Below are positions 1-9,942 of a stretch of DNA of 32,415 nt, in pieces (position 1 is the first letter of the stretch; the number at the start of each line of letters is the position of its first letter). The notes below the pieces were generated by a model that made no database searches, was not told the DNA's origin, and saw only the letters and a program-made list of their open reading frames with translations. The stretch is taken from NCBI GenBank assembly GCA_001275005.1, contig JWZX01002386.1, positions 1 to 32,415 of the forward strand, in the 5' to 3' direction. The translations under genes and the position numbers were made by a program. Origin of the DNA: Chrysochromulina tobinii. Lineage: Eukaryota.

Positions 1-36
1 GAGGTCGCGGCGGCATCGGCGGCAGCACTGGGCGCC

Positions 37-765
37 ATGTCGGGCGCTCTTGAGCCATCCGGTGCAACATCGGGGGACTCAGCCGGGGTGGTGGCGACGC
101 CGGCCGCGGAGGCGCCGCCGACGACGCCGACTCCGCCGCTTCCCCCGCCGGCTGAACCTACAACGAGCGACCCGATGCGCGGCTTCACGGTCCGCTCCGA
201 ACGCGTAGCATACCGGCGGTTTCTTCAGGTGGAGGAACGAGTGGTGGGCTACCCCGACGGGCGCGAGGCGAGCTTCGACATCGTTGGCCATCCGAAGAAC
301 CAGTACTGCTTCGTGGTCGTCTTCGCGTACCACTCGGCGAGCGCGAGCGTGACTGTACTGCGCGAGTTCGCACAGGCGGCGCCACCGCATGCGGCCACAA
401 CACTTGTTCTCCCCACAGGCGGCTATGATCCGACGAAACACTCGAGCTTGCTCGGGGCGGCGCAGGCGGAGCTGGCGGAAGAGGCGCGGCTTGCAGGCGG
501 TACGTGGCACGCGCTGCTGCCCGAGGCTCATCCTGGGATCCTCGAGAGCAAGTGGTGCCGCAACCGCTTCACGCCTTTTGTGTGCATCGACCCAGAGCCC
601 GATTCCGGTCAGGGCGAGCGTGACGTCGAGGAGTACTTTGAGTCTTGTGAACGCATGCCGCTGGCCGAGTTGCGCGCGGCGCTTGCGCAAGGCGAGTTCC
701 TGCCTCCGTCGATGCAGACGTGCTTCAGTGCGATGGAGTGGCTGGCACGGCAGTCAGCGTCGTGA
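37..765 (+). CDS. Nudix hydrolase (ADP-ribose pyrophosphatase-like)
   Basis: Nudix-box-like GGYDPTKHSSLLGAAQAELAEEARL, preceded by 'VAYRRFLQVEERVVGYPDG' and 'VLREF', typical of ADP-sugar pyrophosphatases. The ORF may extend upstream of the window. Confidence 0.8.
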   Translation: MSGALEPSGATSGDSAGVVATPAAEAPPTTPTPPLPPPAEPTTSDPMRGFTVRSERVAYRRFLQVEERVVGYPDGREASFDIVGHPKNQYCFVVVFAYHSASASVTVLREFAQAAPPHAATTLVLPTGGYDPTKHSSLLGAAQAELAEEARLAGGTWHALLPEAHPGILESKWCRNRFTPFVCIDPEPDSGQGERDVEEYFESCERMPLAELRAALAQGEFLPPSMQTCFSAMEWLARQSAS

Positions 766-1209
766 GCTGGGTCGTGGCACGGACGGCGACCGTTTCTGCT
801 ACCCGCCCGAACCTATCGTACTACGGCCGCGGCGGGCGATCCTGAAGGGGTTGACGGAGGAGTCAGAGAAGGAGGAGAGAAGGAGGAGAGAACGGTAGGT
901 GGGGCGCGCGGGCAGAACCGTAATCCGTATTCACTCTTTATGGTATTGCTAAGTTCCGCTTTTTTACTGTCAGCGTATCGCGAGGTGTCGGCTCCTCGCT
1001 CGAGAGGTCGAACGGAGGTCCGCCCCAGGCCGTCCGCGCGCTCCTCCGCGGGCGCGGCCGCCGGCGCATGAACTCGTATAGAACGAGCGAGATCTGACGT
1101 GAACCAAGTCACAATAGAAGTCCTCGAGAAGACCCCCCTGACACACGACAGCTTTGAAGAGAAATATACCAAGAAATATACCCATAAGGTAATCACATGG
1201 TACATGTGG

Positions 1210-1420
1210 CATCAGGACAACGGGGCGCCACCTTGACGGGCTGCACGCACAAGTGCACATATACATATACATATACAGCCGCCGGACATATCGAGACATC
1301 AGGACAACGATGCCACCTTGACGGGCTGCACGCACCAAGAGTGCTTACAGCCGCCGGACATGACATCACAACGACGCCACCTTGACGGGCTGCACGCACC
1401 AAGTGCACGCAGCCGCCGGA
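1210..1420. repeat. Three-copy imperfect tandem repeat
   Basis: Exact 24-bp core GCCACCTTGACGGGCTGCACGCAC at 1227, 1312 and 1376; CAGCCGCCGGA is also shared. Copy 1 contains a (CATATA)n expansion. Confidence 0.9.
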
Positions 1421-2743
1421 GATCTACAACACTGCCCCACGGACATGGACAACCGACCTACGTCGAGTCGCCACATGTGCCGCGTTCGCGGACAGTGCAT
1501 CTCACCTATGGTTACAGCGCCGCTACGCGCAATGCACTTACTGATCTACGCTCCTGGCTGAAGCTGGGTTGCTCGCCATCCCCTTGTTGAGCCTGACTCC
1601 TGCTAGATGACGGATCAACTAGCAGAAGTTGGCTTCCCACCGTTTCTTGGCTTTGGCTTCCATGACGGCCATTTTCTCTCTGAGCTCTTCGGCCTTGAAG
1701 TACTCGGGCGATTCCTTCCAGCCGCGGTTGGGGCATCTAGCCATCCAATAGGGGATCATGAACTCCATCTTACGCATGGTGCGAGTCCTGCCATGAGGGC
1801 CGGGGCGCACGATTGTGAGAGGTGTGCAGCAAGCGAGAGTTCAGGCTGCGCGCGCGCAGGCCGAGGCACGCACTCCTTGCGCGTGAGAGCGGACGCGAGA
1901 TCGAACTTCGCCATCTGGCCTGCGTAGAGTGGGGCGTATACAGGAGTCGGCGATTGGTCAGGCCCACGCGCTCTCTTCTGGCCTGGTCTGCATAGCAGGT
2001 TGGCGCCAAGCTGGGTACTCCCAGCGCGCAATCGCGGGAAGCAGGAAGCGCGCGCTCGCGCCGCGATTTCTGGGACGTGTGGGGAGGGGAGCATGGGCGG
2101 GCTGTGGGAGGCAGATGGACGCTCGCGCACCTTTGCCTTTGCCCATGGTTGCTGGTCTAGGAGCTTGTTGACGCTTGGATGGATCAAGATTGTCTTTTTT
2201 GAGGACTGACGATGCTGCCGATTCGTCGTGCCGCGCGAGAAATACGACTTCGATCAAAATCGACGAAATCGATCCATTTCCGGGCATGAAACCAAAACTG
2301 GACGAAACGGAGGCGAGTTTTGACGTCGTCGGATTTTCGCGGTTTGGGATTGTGCACGGGGCGGCACACATCGACGCAGTTAATGGGCCGCTGATTGGAC
2401 GCATTGGAGATTGCACGTTTCGGTGTCGGACCGCCAGGGGCGCCACACCTCGACTTCCCGGGGGGCGCCTCTCCGGTCTCCGATACCAGATAGCCGACCG
2501 GACCTGATCACGTCTCGTGAGACTGTCCCTCGCAGAGATGACGTTCTCTAAGCAAGCAAGCAAGACAAGCAAGACTTATCTGTTCAGATATCGACTATCA
2601 CTTTTTAAATTAACCGTTCGACTGCGAAGACGCCGAGAGCGAGACCGAAGTGCGAATCCACTATACGGCGACGCACATTTTCTGAGCGCGCCTTTTCAGG
2701 TTGGCGGTATCTGCTTCATCTAAGACGATCCCGGCAGCGGCAC

Positions 2744-3841
2744 TCAGTCCTCATCTGAGTCGATCTCGGCGCTCAGCGCTGCAGCGCGTCCGCCGGCATC
2801 GCGAGTAGGCAGCAGCTGCTGCTGCACGCGCTGAACCGCTGGGAGCAGTGTTCCCTCGAGCGTCGCGACGGCCCGCTTCTTGCGCGCGCGTGCGTCCTCG
2901 CGGTCGGAGTCGGCCAAGTGACCCATCGCCACGTCATCGAGCGCTTGTATCACACGACCCACCTGGGAGAGGAGAGCCGCGGCGCGTTTGCTAGCCTCCT
3001 CGCGTTGCGCCTCGCCGGTCGCCGCGCCGTCCTCGCACGCGTCGGTCAGCGCAGCCAGCTCGGCTGACAGACGTGCCACCGCGCTTTCAGCCTCATCGAG
3101 CGCGTCCGTGGCGGCGTTAGCGGCGCTCGCCGCCACGGCCAGCGGCGGCAGCGGAGGTGGAGGCGGTGGTGGCGGTGGCGCCTGTGGCGGCTGTGGCATG
3201 GCGGGCACCGCCGCCTGCGGGCTGGTCGGCTTGGCACTCACGGCTGCTTGCGCCGCGGCGCTCGTGCCAGCAGAAGTAGCATCGACCTCCTGGAGCACCA
3301 CCGTGGCTGCCGCCGCTTGCTTCAGGATCTCGATGCTACTCGCCGCCTCGCCTCGCTCGCGCGCCGCGCGCCGCTCGCGCTTTAGGCGCTCGATTGGTGT
3401 CAGGTTGTCTTCGTCGAAGTCAACCGTGTCTTTCGACATGTCGCGCGGCGGCGGAGCCGCCAGCGTCCGACCGCTTGCCGTTGCTCCTCCACTAGTGGAG
3501 GGAAGGATCTCAGGGAGCGGTGCAAATGGGTCAGCGCTGATTTCGTTGGCACGCAGCGACTCCTGAACCTCAATAGGGCGGAGAAAGATTTCAGCATCCA
3601 CGGTCTCGTTCTTCAGCAGTACCACCGATGCTCCGATGCTGGTGTCGCCAAGCATCTCCTCGTCGACCTCGACGCGGGCGACGCGGCTGAGCTCAGCATG
3701 CTCACCCGTCCGCTTGGCGTACGCAGTGAGGAAGGGCTTGATCACCGCCTCGTCGAACGGCTTCGCAAGGAGCTTCGCTCCAAGCGTGAGCTGGAGCGAC
3801 ACCGCACCGCAGGTCACGCGAATCTTGCGCTCCTCCGGCAT
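2744..3841 (-). CDS. Hypothetical protein with C-terminal BAG-like helical bundle
   Basis: Likely ATG at 3841 (MPEERK). Pro-rich linker, then 'ALDDVAMGHLADSDREDARARKKRAVATLE', resembling the BAG motif LD-x-V...R-x-x-RK-x-x-V. The N-terminal globular region may be ubiquitin-like. Confidence 0.55.
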   Translation of the reverse strand: MPEERKIRVTCGAVSLQLTLGAKLLAKPFDEAVIKPFLTAYAKRTGEHAELSRVARVEVDEEMLGDTSIGASVVLLKNETVDAEIFLRPIEVQESLRANEISADPFAPLPEILPSTSGGATASGRTLAAPPPRDMSKDTVDFDEDNLTPIERLKRERRAARERGEAASSIEILKQAAAATVVLQEVDATSAGTSAAAQAAVSAKPTSPQAAVPAMPQPPQAPPPPPPPPPLPPLAVAASAANAATDALDEAESAVARLSAELAALTDACEDGAATGEAQREEASKRAAALLSQVGRVIQALDDVAMGHLADSDREDARARKKRAVATLEGTLLPAVQRVQQQLLPTRDAGGRAAALSAEIDSDED

Positions 3842-4008
3842 GGGAAGCCGCAACGTGTGAATTGGCTGTGATTCACAGACTACTCGGACTACTCGGCGGT
3901 GATACTCGGACTACTCTATATTCATATTCATGTGTTGGTGGGGATAGGCGCACTCACTCTTCCCGCGTCGACTTGCGAAGCCGACAATTCGTCCGGCCCG
4001 ACCCCCCG

Positions 4009-5112
4009 ATGGAGTTTGAGACACCATTTCCTCCAACGCCACCATACAGGCGCGTTGAGGCTCTTCGCACGTTTGTTGTCGGCGAGACGTTGTGCGACGC
4101 GGGCGACATTGCGGCGGGCACGGCGCTTTTGAAGCGAGCGAATCACATCGCGTGGGAGCTTGATACGGTCGAGTGGCCCGCATGGGCCAGTGCGCTGTAC
4201 GAGCAGCTGAAGAATGGTGCTCTTCCTCCCGTTGCGCCACCCATCCTCGCCGCCGACGACAGTGTGGCCACGCAGCGCTTTGTCGCCCCGGAGCTGCGCG
4301 CGCTGCGTGCCGCAGTTGATGCGCCACCGTACTGGTGGGAATCCCCAGCTGGCACGGCAGCTATCGCTGCGTCGCTCACGGCTCAGCACTTCTGCGTGCT
4401 CGATGGGTTTGCGGGCGCTGGGGTTGCCTCGCGGCTCCGTGCCGAGTGTGAGGAGCGCTGGGCGCGGCAGTCGGACGCGGACGATGCCGAGCGATTCTTC
4501 CATCCGGCGCCGGTGACAACGCCCGGCGGGAGCACATCCGGCCAGCGCTCGGCGCTCACGCGATCGGACTTCATCGCGTGGGCGGATCCAAAGAGCCTCG
4601 AGGCGCCCGATGGGCTGCTGGACGTGGTCGGTTGCGTCGACACACTCATACGCTCGTTACAGCCACTACTGCTGCCGCATGCACTGCCGGTGAGCCGGCA
4701 ACGGCCCCAGCTCGCGCGCTACGACGTAGGCGACGCCTTTGCACGCCACTGCGACAACTACTGCCCGGAGAGCCGCAGCGGGCCGCACTGCAACCCTCGC
4801 TGGCTCACCGCCGTCTACTACACCTCGACCGGCTGGAGCTCTGCCGATGGCGGCTGCCTGCGCCTCTTCTGTCCGCAGGGGGGCGACGGCGCGGGCCGTG
4901 ACGCGAGCTCTCGAGGGAAATCTGACGAAATTGAGGAGGAGCTGGCCACGGATGATGGTGCTTTGGTCGACGTCGCTCCGCTGGCGGATCGCCTGCTTCT
5001 CTTTCACTCGGACTTTCGCGTGCCGCACGCCGTGCTGCCTGTCAGCGAAGGCGCGCCGCCACGGTATGCGTGCACCGTGTGGTTCAACCATCACCATCCC
5101 GCTGTGTCATAG
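4009..5112 (+). CDS. 2OG-Fe(II) oxygenase, EGLN/PHD prolyl-hydroxylase-like
   Basis: RSDFIAW, ARHCDN (HxD), LTAVYY, DGGCLRLF, 'LLLFHSDFRVPHAVLP' (distal His) and 'RYACTVWF' (2OG-binding Arg). First ATG at 4009. Confidence 0.85.
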   Translation: MEFETPFPPTPPYRRVEALRTFVVGETLCDAGDIAAGTALLKRANHIAWELDTVEWPAWASALYEQLKNGALPPVAPPILAADDSVATQRFVAPELRALRAAVDAPPYWWESPAGTAAIAASLTAQHFCVLDGFAGAGVASRLRAECEERWARQSDADDAERFFHPAPVTTPGGSTSGQRSALTRSDFIAWADPKSLEAPDGLLDVVGCVDTLIRSLQPLLLPHALPVSRQRPQLARYDVGDAFARHCDNYCPESRSGPHCNPRWLTAVYYTSTGWSSADGGCLRLFCPQGGDGAGRDASSRGKSDEIEEELATDDGALVDVAPLADRLLLFHSDFRVPHAVLPVSEGAPPRYACTVWFNHHHPAVS

Positions 5113-5763
5113 AAGTGCATAGAGGGCGCAGGTCTGCCAGCCCCTCGCCTCGCCTGAGCGGAGTCTGCGCCCCCGGTGCCGCGGCGGTGCGCGACCCCGA
5201 GTACCCGACAGGGACCGCCGCGGGCGCGCGGAGGAGCGCTAGAAGGTGACGGGGAGCGGGGCGGGGGGGCGCCACGGCGCAGCCACCGACGGGCGGGCCG
5301 GCGCGACGCGCCGCCGGCGCGCGCGGCGGCGGGCCTGGGGCGGATGGGCCGGGCGTTGGGTGTGTGCCCCCGCCGCAGAGGATCTTTGTTCCCAGATACA
5401 ACGCACTCACAGGTCACACGACATCACTGGTCACTGGTCAGTGAGTTCGCACACACGCGCGACACTACCGAGGCGCACATACGACTTACGGCACAGATCG
5501 CAGATGAGGGGCATGCTTGGATTCAGAATTGCGGGTCGTGCACTCGTGCTCGTGCGCCATCTCCCTCCCCGCTCGCCTGTTCGCGCGCGCGTCCTTCGCC
5601 TCATCACGAGCAGCCGAACACTACGGGGCGTGACTCGTATACCTTCGTCCGGACTGCCACCTCTCCTGCCTGCCCTAGCCTGCCTGCATATGTAAAAGGC
5701 AGCGACTGCGTCATGGACGCGGTCGCGACTGCGCCACCATCATGCCACGATGGGAGCCTCGCT

Positions 5764-7704
5764 CTAAAGAAGGTCTTTGCCCTTGCCAGGCTGCACCGAC
5801 TTGCCAAGTTTGAGGGCCTCGTTGTAGTCACCACCCGCATCCTTGAACACCTTCTTGAGCTCTTTGTCGGACAGCTTGGGCAGGTGGAACTTCATCTTAT
5901 CGATGATCCAGTCTTCATGCTCGGGCTCCATGGCGCCGCCCGCGCGGTAGCCCGAGCTCTTCTCAACGTGGTAGGTGAGGCAGGGCAGCAGGCAGCTCTT
6001 GTGCAGGCTGTCCTGTTCTAACGCCTCGGCCTCGGCCTCCTTGCGCTTGAGATCCGCGACAAACTCCGGGTTGGAGAGGACACCGAATTGGACGCACACG
6101 TCGTAGATCGCACCTCCGAAGACGAAGATGGTGAAGGCGGCGATCAAGAACGTCGTCTGCATGATGGCGAGCGAGTCGCTCATCGACGAGTCCTGGCATT
6201 CGGGACGATCCTTCTTGAGCTCCTCGGTGAGGCCACCGCACGTCTTGGGGAAGTCCTTGGAAGCGAAGGAGACCGAGGACAGTGCGAAGGCGACGCCGCC
6301 GCGCAGGCCCGAGAACCACATGAGGAACATGTAGGCTTTCGAGATGGTCGGCGGGTGCGACTCCGGGGTGCGGAAGCAGTTGAACATCCACGAGCCGATG
6401 TAGATGTGCACGCGGCCCACGAAGCACGCGCCCAGCGCGCAGAGCACGAGCCCAAAGGTCGTGGAATGGAAGATGGGGAAGGTGAAGGCGGCCATGCCCA
6501 GGTAGACGAACACGTACGTCTCGGCAACGACTGCGACACACTTGTAGGCGCCAGCGGTGAGCTTGCGCGCATCCTCGTGGAAGTTGAAGCGCGTGTACAT
6601 AGCCATGATCATGCCGCAGAACATGATGGCGACGATGCCGGAGAGCTCGAGCGCCTCGGCGAAGTAGAAGGATGCCCACGGGAAGCAGAAGGAGAGCGCG
6701 CACTGCATGAAGACGAGGTCTCCATGGTTGCGCATGTCCATCTTCTTGAACACCAGCGACGAGGCGATGCCGAAGAAAGCGCCGATGATCAGCGAGCCAA
6801 CGAAGATGACGGTAAAGGAGGTGACGGCGGCCATGATGGTCTCGGAGTTCACCTCGGTGCCGGGCTTGTTGAAGCTCAGGAGCGTGCGCGAGAGCACGAT
6901 GGCAACCGCATCGTTGAGCACCGACTCGCCGAAGACCATCGAGAAGAGGTCAACCTTCACGCCAAGGGCCTGGAAGACGGCGAGCACAGTCACAGGGTCG
7001 GTCGCCGAGATGAGCGAGCCGAAGGTGAGCGAAGCGAGCATGGACATCGGGTAGCACAAGCCCATCTGGCCGGCCTCCCAGACCATGAAGCCGACGACGA
7101 AGCAGGAGAAGACGGTGCCCACGAAGGCGAAGAAGATGGTCGGCCCGATGTTGTTGAGGAACGCGCCGACGTTCATGTTGTAGCCGGCCTCGAAGATGAT
7201 CGGCGGGATCAGGAACGTCATGAAGAACTCGAAGTCGAACTGATCGTGCTTCGCCATTTGCTCGTTGCCCATCGCAATGGCCATGGCGGCGACGAACATG
7301 CCCATGAGCACGCCGACGCCTGCCTCGGGCAGAATGTGGATGTGGTTCTGCTCGAGGATGTAGCCGCCGATGAACGTGCCACCGAGGGCAAGAATGCCAA
7401 CCACATACCCCCATTTGATGTTGGACTCCTCCTCTGCCTCCGCCTCCGCCTCCGCCTCCTTCTCCTCCACCTCCTCCTTCTCCGCCTCCTCCTTCTCCGC
7501 CTCCTCCGCCGCCGTCTCGAGGATCCGCTTGCTCAGGCGCATCGGGCTCTTGATCTGAGTGCTGTCACCATTGAACCAAGTAACCGCCTTGCGCCACGGT
7601 CCCAGAATGCGCTCGAGCTCTGCCTCCGGGCCCGACACGCCCGTCGAGGCCGAAGCGGACGCGGCCAGACACGCGATGGCCAGGGCAGTAAACTTCACAG
7701 GCAT
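5764..7704 (-). CDS. Na+/H+ exchanger, CPA1 (NHE/NHX) family
   Basis: Signal peptide from MPVKF (ATG 7704). Motifs FFMTFLIPPIIFEAGY, LISATDPVTVLAVF, VFGESVLNDAVAIVL, LELSGIVAIMFCG and WFSGLRGGVAFAL; many TM helices. Confidence 0.96.
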   Translation of the reverse strand: MPVKFTALAIACLAASASASTGVSGPEAELERILGPWRKAVTWFNGDSTQIKSPMRLSKRILETAAEEAEKEEAEKEEVEEKEAEAEAEAEEESNIKWGYVVGILALGGTFIGGYILEQNHIHILPEAGVGVLMGMFVAAMAIAMGNEQMAKHDQFDFEFFMTFLIPPIIFEAGYNMNVGAFLNNIGPTIFFAFVGTVFSCFVVGFMVWEAGQMGLCYPMSMLASLTFGSLISATDPVTVLAVFQALGVKVDLFSMVFGESVLNDAVAIVLSRTLLSFNKPGTEVNSETIMAAVTSFTVIFVGSLIIGAFFGIASSLVFKKMDMRNHGDLVFMQCALSFCFPWASFYFAEALELSGIVAIMFCGMIMAMYTRFNFHEDARKLTAGAYKCVAVVAETYVFVYLGMAAFTFPIFHSTTFGLVLCALGACFVGRVHIYIGSWMFNCFRTPESHPPTISKAYMFLMWFSGLRGGVAFALSSVSFASKDFPKTCGGLTEELKKDRPECQDSSMSDSLAIMQTTFLIAAFTIFVFGGAIYDVCVQFGVLSNPEFVADLKRKEAEAEALEQDSLHKSCLLPCLTYHVEKSSGYRAGGAMEPEHEDWIIDKMKFHLPKLSDKELKKVFKDAGGDYNEALKLGKSVQPGKGKDLL

Positions 7705-7885
7705 TGAAGCGCAGACGCACCCCGTCGGGAAGCCGGGCCTGGAACTGAGGTGAGTAGCGCGGCGATACTCTGTGAATCTTTCTCCCGTTTGGTCGCCTCG
7801 TCCAGATGACGACATCAATTTTGGTTGGGTACCGGGTAGTTTGCGGGCGTCGTTCTTCAAGAAGCGGGGGGTCGGCACCGCCGAA

Positions 7886-8671
7886 ATGGCGTCCCTCCTC
7901 CTGGGCCTCCTCCATTGGAACCCTCACTGGGAGTGCTTCGTAACGAACCCAGACTGCACGGCAGCCGCGACTGCCGCGCTCGATCAGCTGCTGTCCACGC
8001 CTGGCACTGACTTTGCGAACATCGTGGAGTTCGAGGTGAGCAACTATTCTCCGCCAGCTCCTTGGAAGGCGATTGGAGCGTATCAATCGTGCGGCCACGA
8101 CTGGGCGACGCTATTCTACAACACAAACCTCTGGGATGTCGTCACGACTGATGTTGGGTGCGTGTACGACAGCCGCTCCTACGCTGCAGCAAGCTTCAAG
8201 AGCAAAGCAGAGCCCGACTTCTCTGTGGTCATCGTTGGCGCACACTACCCGCAAACACTCAACGCGTCGACGCACGCCTACGTCGATGCCAACGACAAGC
8301 TCAAGTCCGTGTTCGCCAAGCTCGCCGTCGCGGGAGGGCACGCCATCTTCCTCGCTGACACAAACACCGAGTCGCCCGAGGCGGCTGCCCTCAAGCCCGA
8401 CCATCATGGCGTCAACAGGACGCAGCTGCAGCTCGCGACCGACCTTGGCATCTGGAGCGGCACGACGGAACCGCCCGCCGCGCCGCTCTACTATGGATGC
8501 TGCTACTCGGATGGCTTCGACTGGCAGGGCGACCGCGTCGTCGCCAACTTTGGCACCGTTGTCGAATCGCATATCCTTTTCGACCCGGCGCCGTCGTGGG
8601 CAAACATGAGTGCCACGCCGAGTGAGTTCCACAAGGGCATGCGAGCGATACTACAATTTGTAAAGGGGTGA
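7886..8671 (+). CDS. Endonuclease/exonuclease/phosphatase (EEP)-fold protein, putative
   Basis: Motif order matches the EEP fold: 'LLHWN', 'DFANIVE', 'VGAHYP', 'IFLADTN' (GDxN-like), 'GDRV', 'SEFH' (SDH-like). Confidence 0.55.
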   Translation: MASLLLGLLHWNPHWECFVTNPDCTAAATAALDQLLSTPGTDFANIVEFEVSNYSPPAPWKAIGAYQSCGHDWATLFYNTNLWDVVTTDVGCVYDSRSYAAASFKSKAEPDFSVVIVGAHYPQTLNASTHAYVDANDKLKSVFAKLAVAGGHAIFLADTNTESPEAAALKPDHHGVNRTQLQLATDLGIWSGTTEPPAAPLYYGCCYSDGFDWQGDRVVANFGTVVESHILFDPAPSWANMSATPSEFHKGMRAILQFVKG

Positions 8672-9077
8672 GGGTCGCGGTCGGGTGGCCACGGCTCTTC
8701 AACGGCACGTGGCATGCGCGCAGGGAGGAGAGTGACCGCGCGAGCTGAGGGTCTCGGAGCTTTTCTCGGAGCTCGAAGAGTCATAACCACCCGACCGCCA
8801 CCGCGTCTCCGTCGACTCATCTTTTCCGCGCTCGAGAGACGCCGAGAGGAGAGGCGAACCAGAAAGGCCCTGGCCAGCGATTTGGGTGGTGTCACGTGAG
8901 GTGTGTGTTATAGACCGTGTGTGAGAGGTGAGGGGTGTACGAGGGAATAGAGGATAGAGGCTTGAGCCATATGTATGCAGTGGGCCCAGGCGCTCTAGAT
9001 CTCTATGTGTTCAAACGATCTAAGTTGGGACCATGCCGATGCGGACGTGGACGGGTCCGTGCCTCTCCCTCTGCTGG

Positions 9078-9797
9078 CTAGCCGATGGCCCGCACAGCCG
9101 TGGCCCACCGCGACAAAAATCTCGCGCAATCGAGCTCCATGAGGAGACCATCGCCGCCCCAGACCACAAGGTCGCGCATGCTGCTGAGCGATCCGCTGTC
9201 CACGACACGCAGCGTGTTGAAGCCCAGATAGCGATAATACCGTACGAGCGTCTTGTGCTGCCGTGCGTCATCGCGAATGGCGAGGAGCTGTGCCTTGTCG
9301 TTCTTGAAAGGTGAGCATTCGCGAATCCAGCAGATGACGGCCGCACCGATCAATAGCCCGAGCCCCTGTTCGGTGCGCGGCGCACTCTCGTAACGGGCAC
9401 CGCCGCGGCTCCTTCGGCGTGACCAATATCCTGTGAATTGCCTCACCTGAATTGTATCGAGGTGAGCAGCACCAAAAGGCTGCGTGTATCCGTTGCTGAA
9501 GCCGAGAAGCTCGGGTGGTGGCGCCTCTGCTCCACCAAAAACGGGCACGGTCGGCAGGGGCTCATCACTGCCAGGCCTCCACAACAGCTCGATCCGGTAG
9601 GAAGGTCCGGCTGCCTGCACCCGGAGCTCACAGTTGATGCGAACAGCCGCAGCACGCACCTCGTCGAGCGTCAGCGGTGCTGGTAAGGAGGCGCTCGCGC
9701 GCCCGCCCAAACACGTCGTGCGCGGAGATCCGTGCAGTGCTCGTGACACGAGCATCGGCCCGACAAGGCCGACAATGCCTGCGAAAGCGGACATCAT
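9078..9797 (-). CDS. Conserved hypothetical algal/cyanobacterial-type protein, GNAT-like, possibly plastid-targeted
   Basis: 'GLGLLIGA...AQLLAIRDD...HKTLVRYYRYLGF...LVVWGG' resembles GNAT motifs A/B. The N-terminus looks like a signal plus transit peptide. Confidence 0.55.
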   Translation of the reverse strand: MMSAFAGIVGLVGPMLVSRALHGSPRTTCLGGRASASLPAPLTLDEVRAAAVRINCELRVQAAGPSYRIELLWRPGSDEPLPTVPVFGGAEAPPPELLGFSNGYTQPFGAAHLDTIQVRQFTGYWSRRRSRGGARYESAPRTEQGLGLLIGAAVICWIRECSPFKNDKAQLLAIRDDARQHKTLVRYYRYLGFNTLRVVDSGSLSSMRDLVVWGGDGLLMELDCARFLSRWATAVRAIG

Positions 9798-9942
9798 CTC
9801 GCCTCTTTTCGTGAACGATGAATTCGTTCACAGTCAACGGGGGGGAGTGAGCCGGGACCACTTTCACGTCGATGGGCGTGACGCCTCTGAGGAAATTATT
9901 GCATGCGAATTAGAACAAAATACATCAACTTCTGGACACAAA

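Noticed and set aside
1227..1399. CRISPR-like array (three exact 24-bp repeats)
   Set aside because: The intervening sequences (61 and 40 nt) are unequal and homologous to each other. There are no cas genes and the context is eukaryotic.
980..2452. Terminal inverted repeats (CGAGGTGT at about 980 and its complement at about 2445)
   Set aside because: Only 8 bp match exactly, which is expected by chance.
5113..5763. ORF 5176..6021 and neighbours as genes
   Set aside because: Very GC-rich with Arg/Gly/Pro-biased translations and no motifs, and the longest overlaps the NHE 3' end.
6088..7707. 539-aa antisense ORF (and similar ones such as 28517-29524 and 31038-32288)
   Set aside because: These are shadow ORFs of well-supported genes, caused by high GC3 codon bias.
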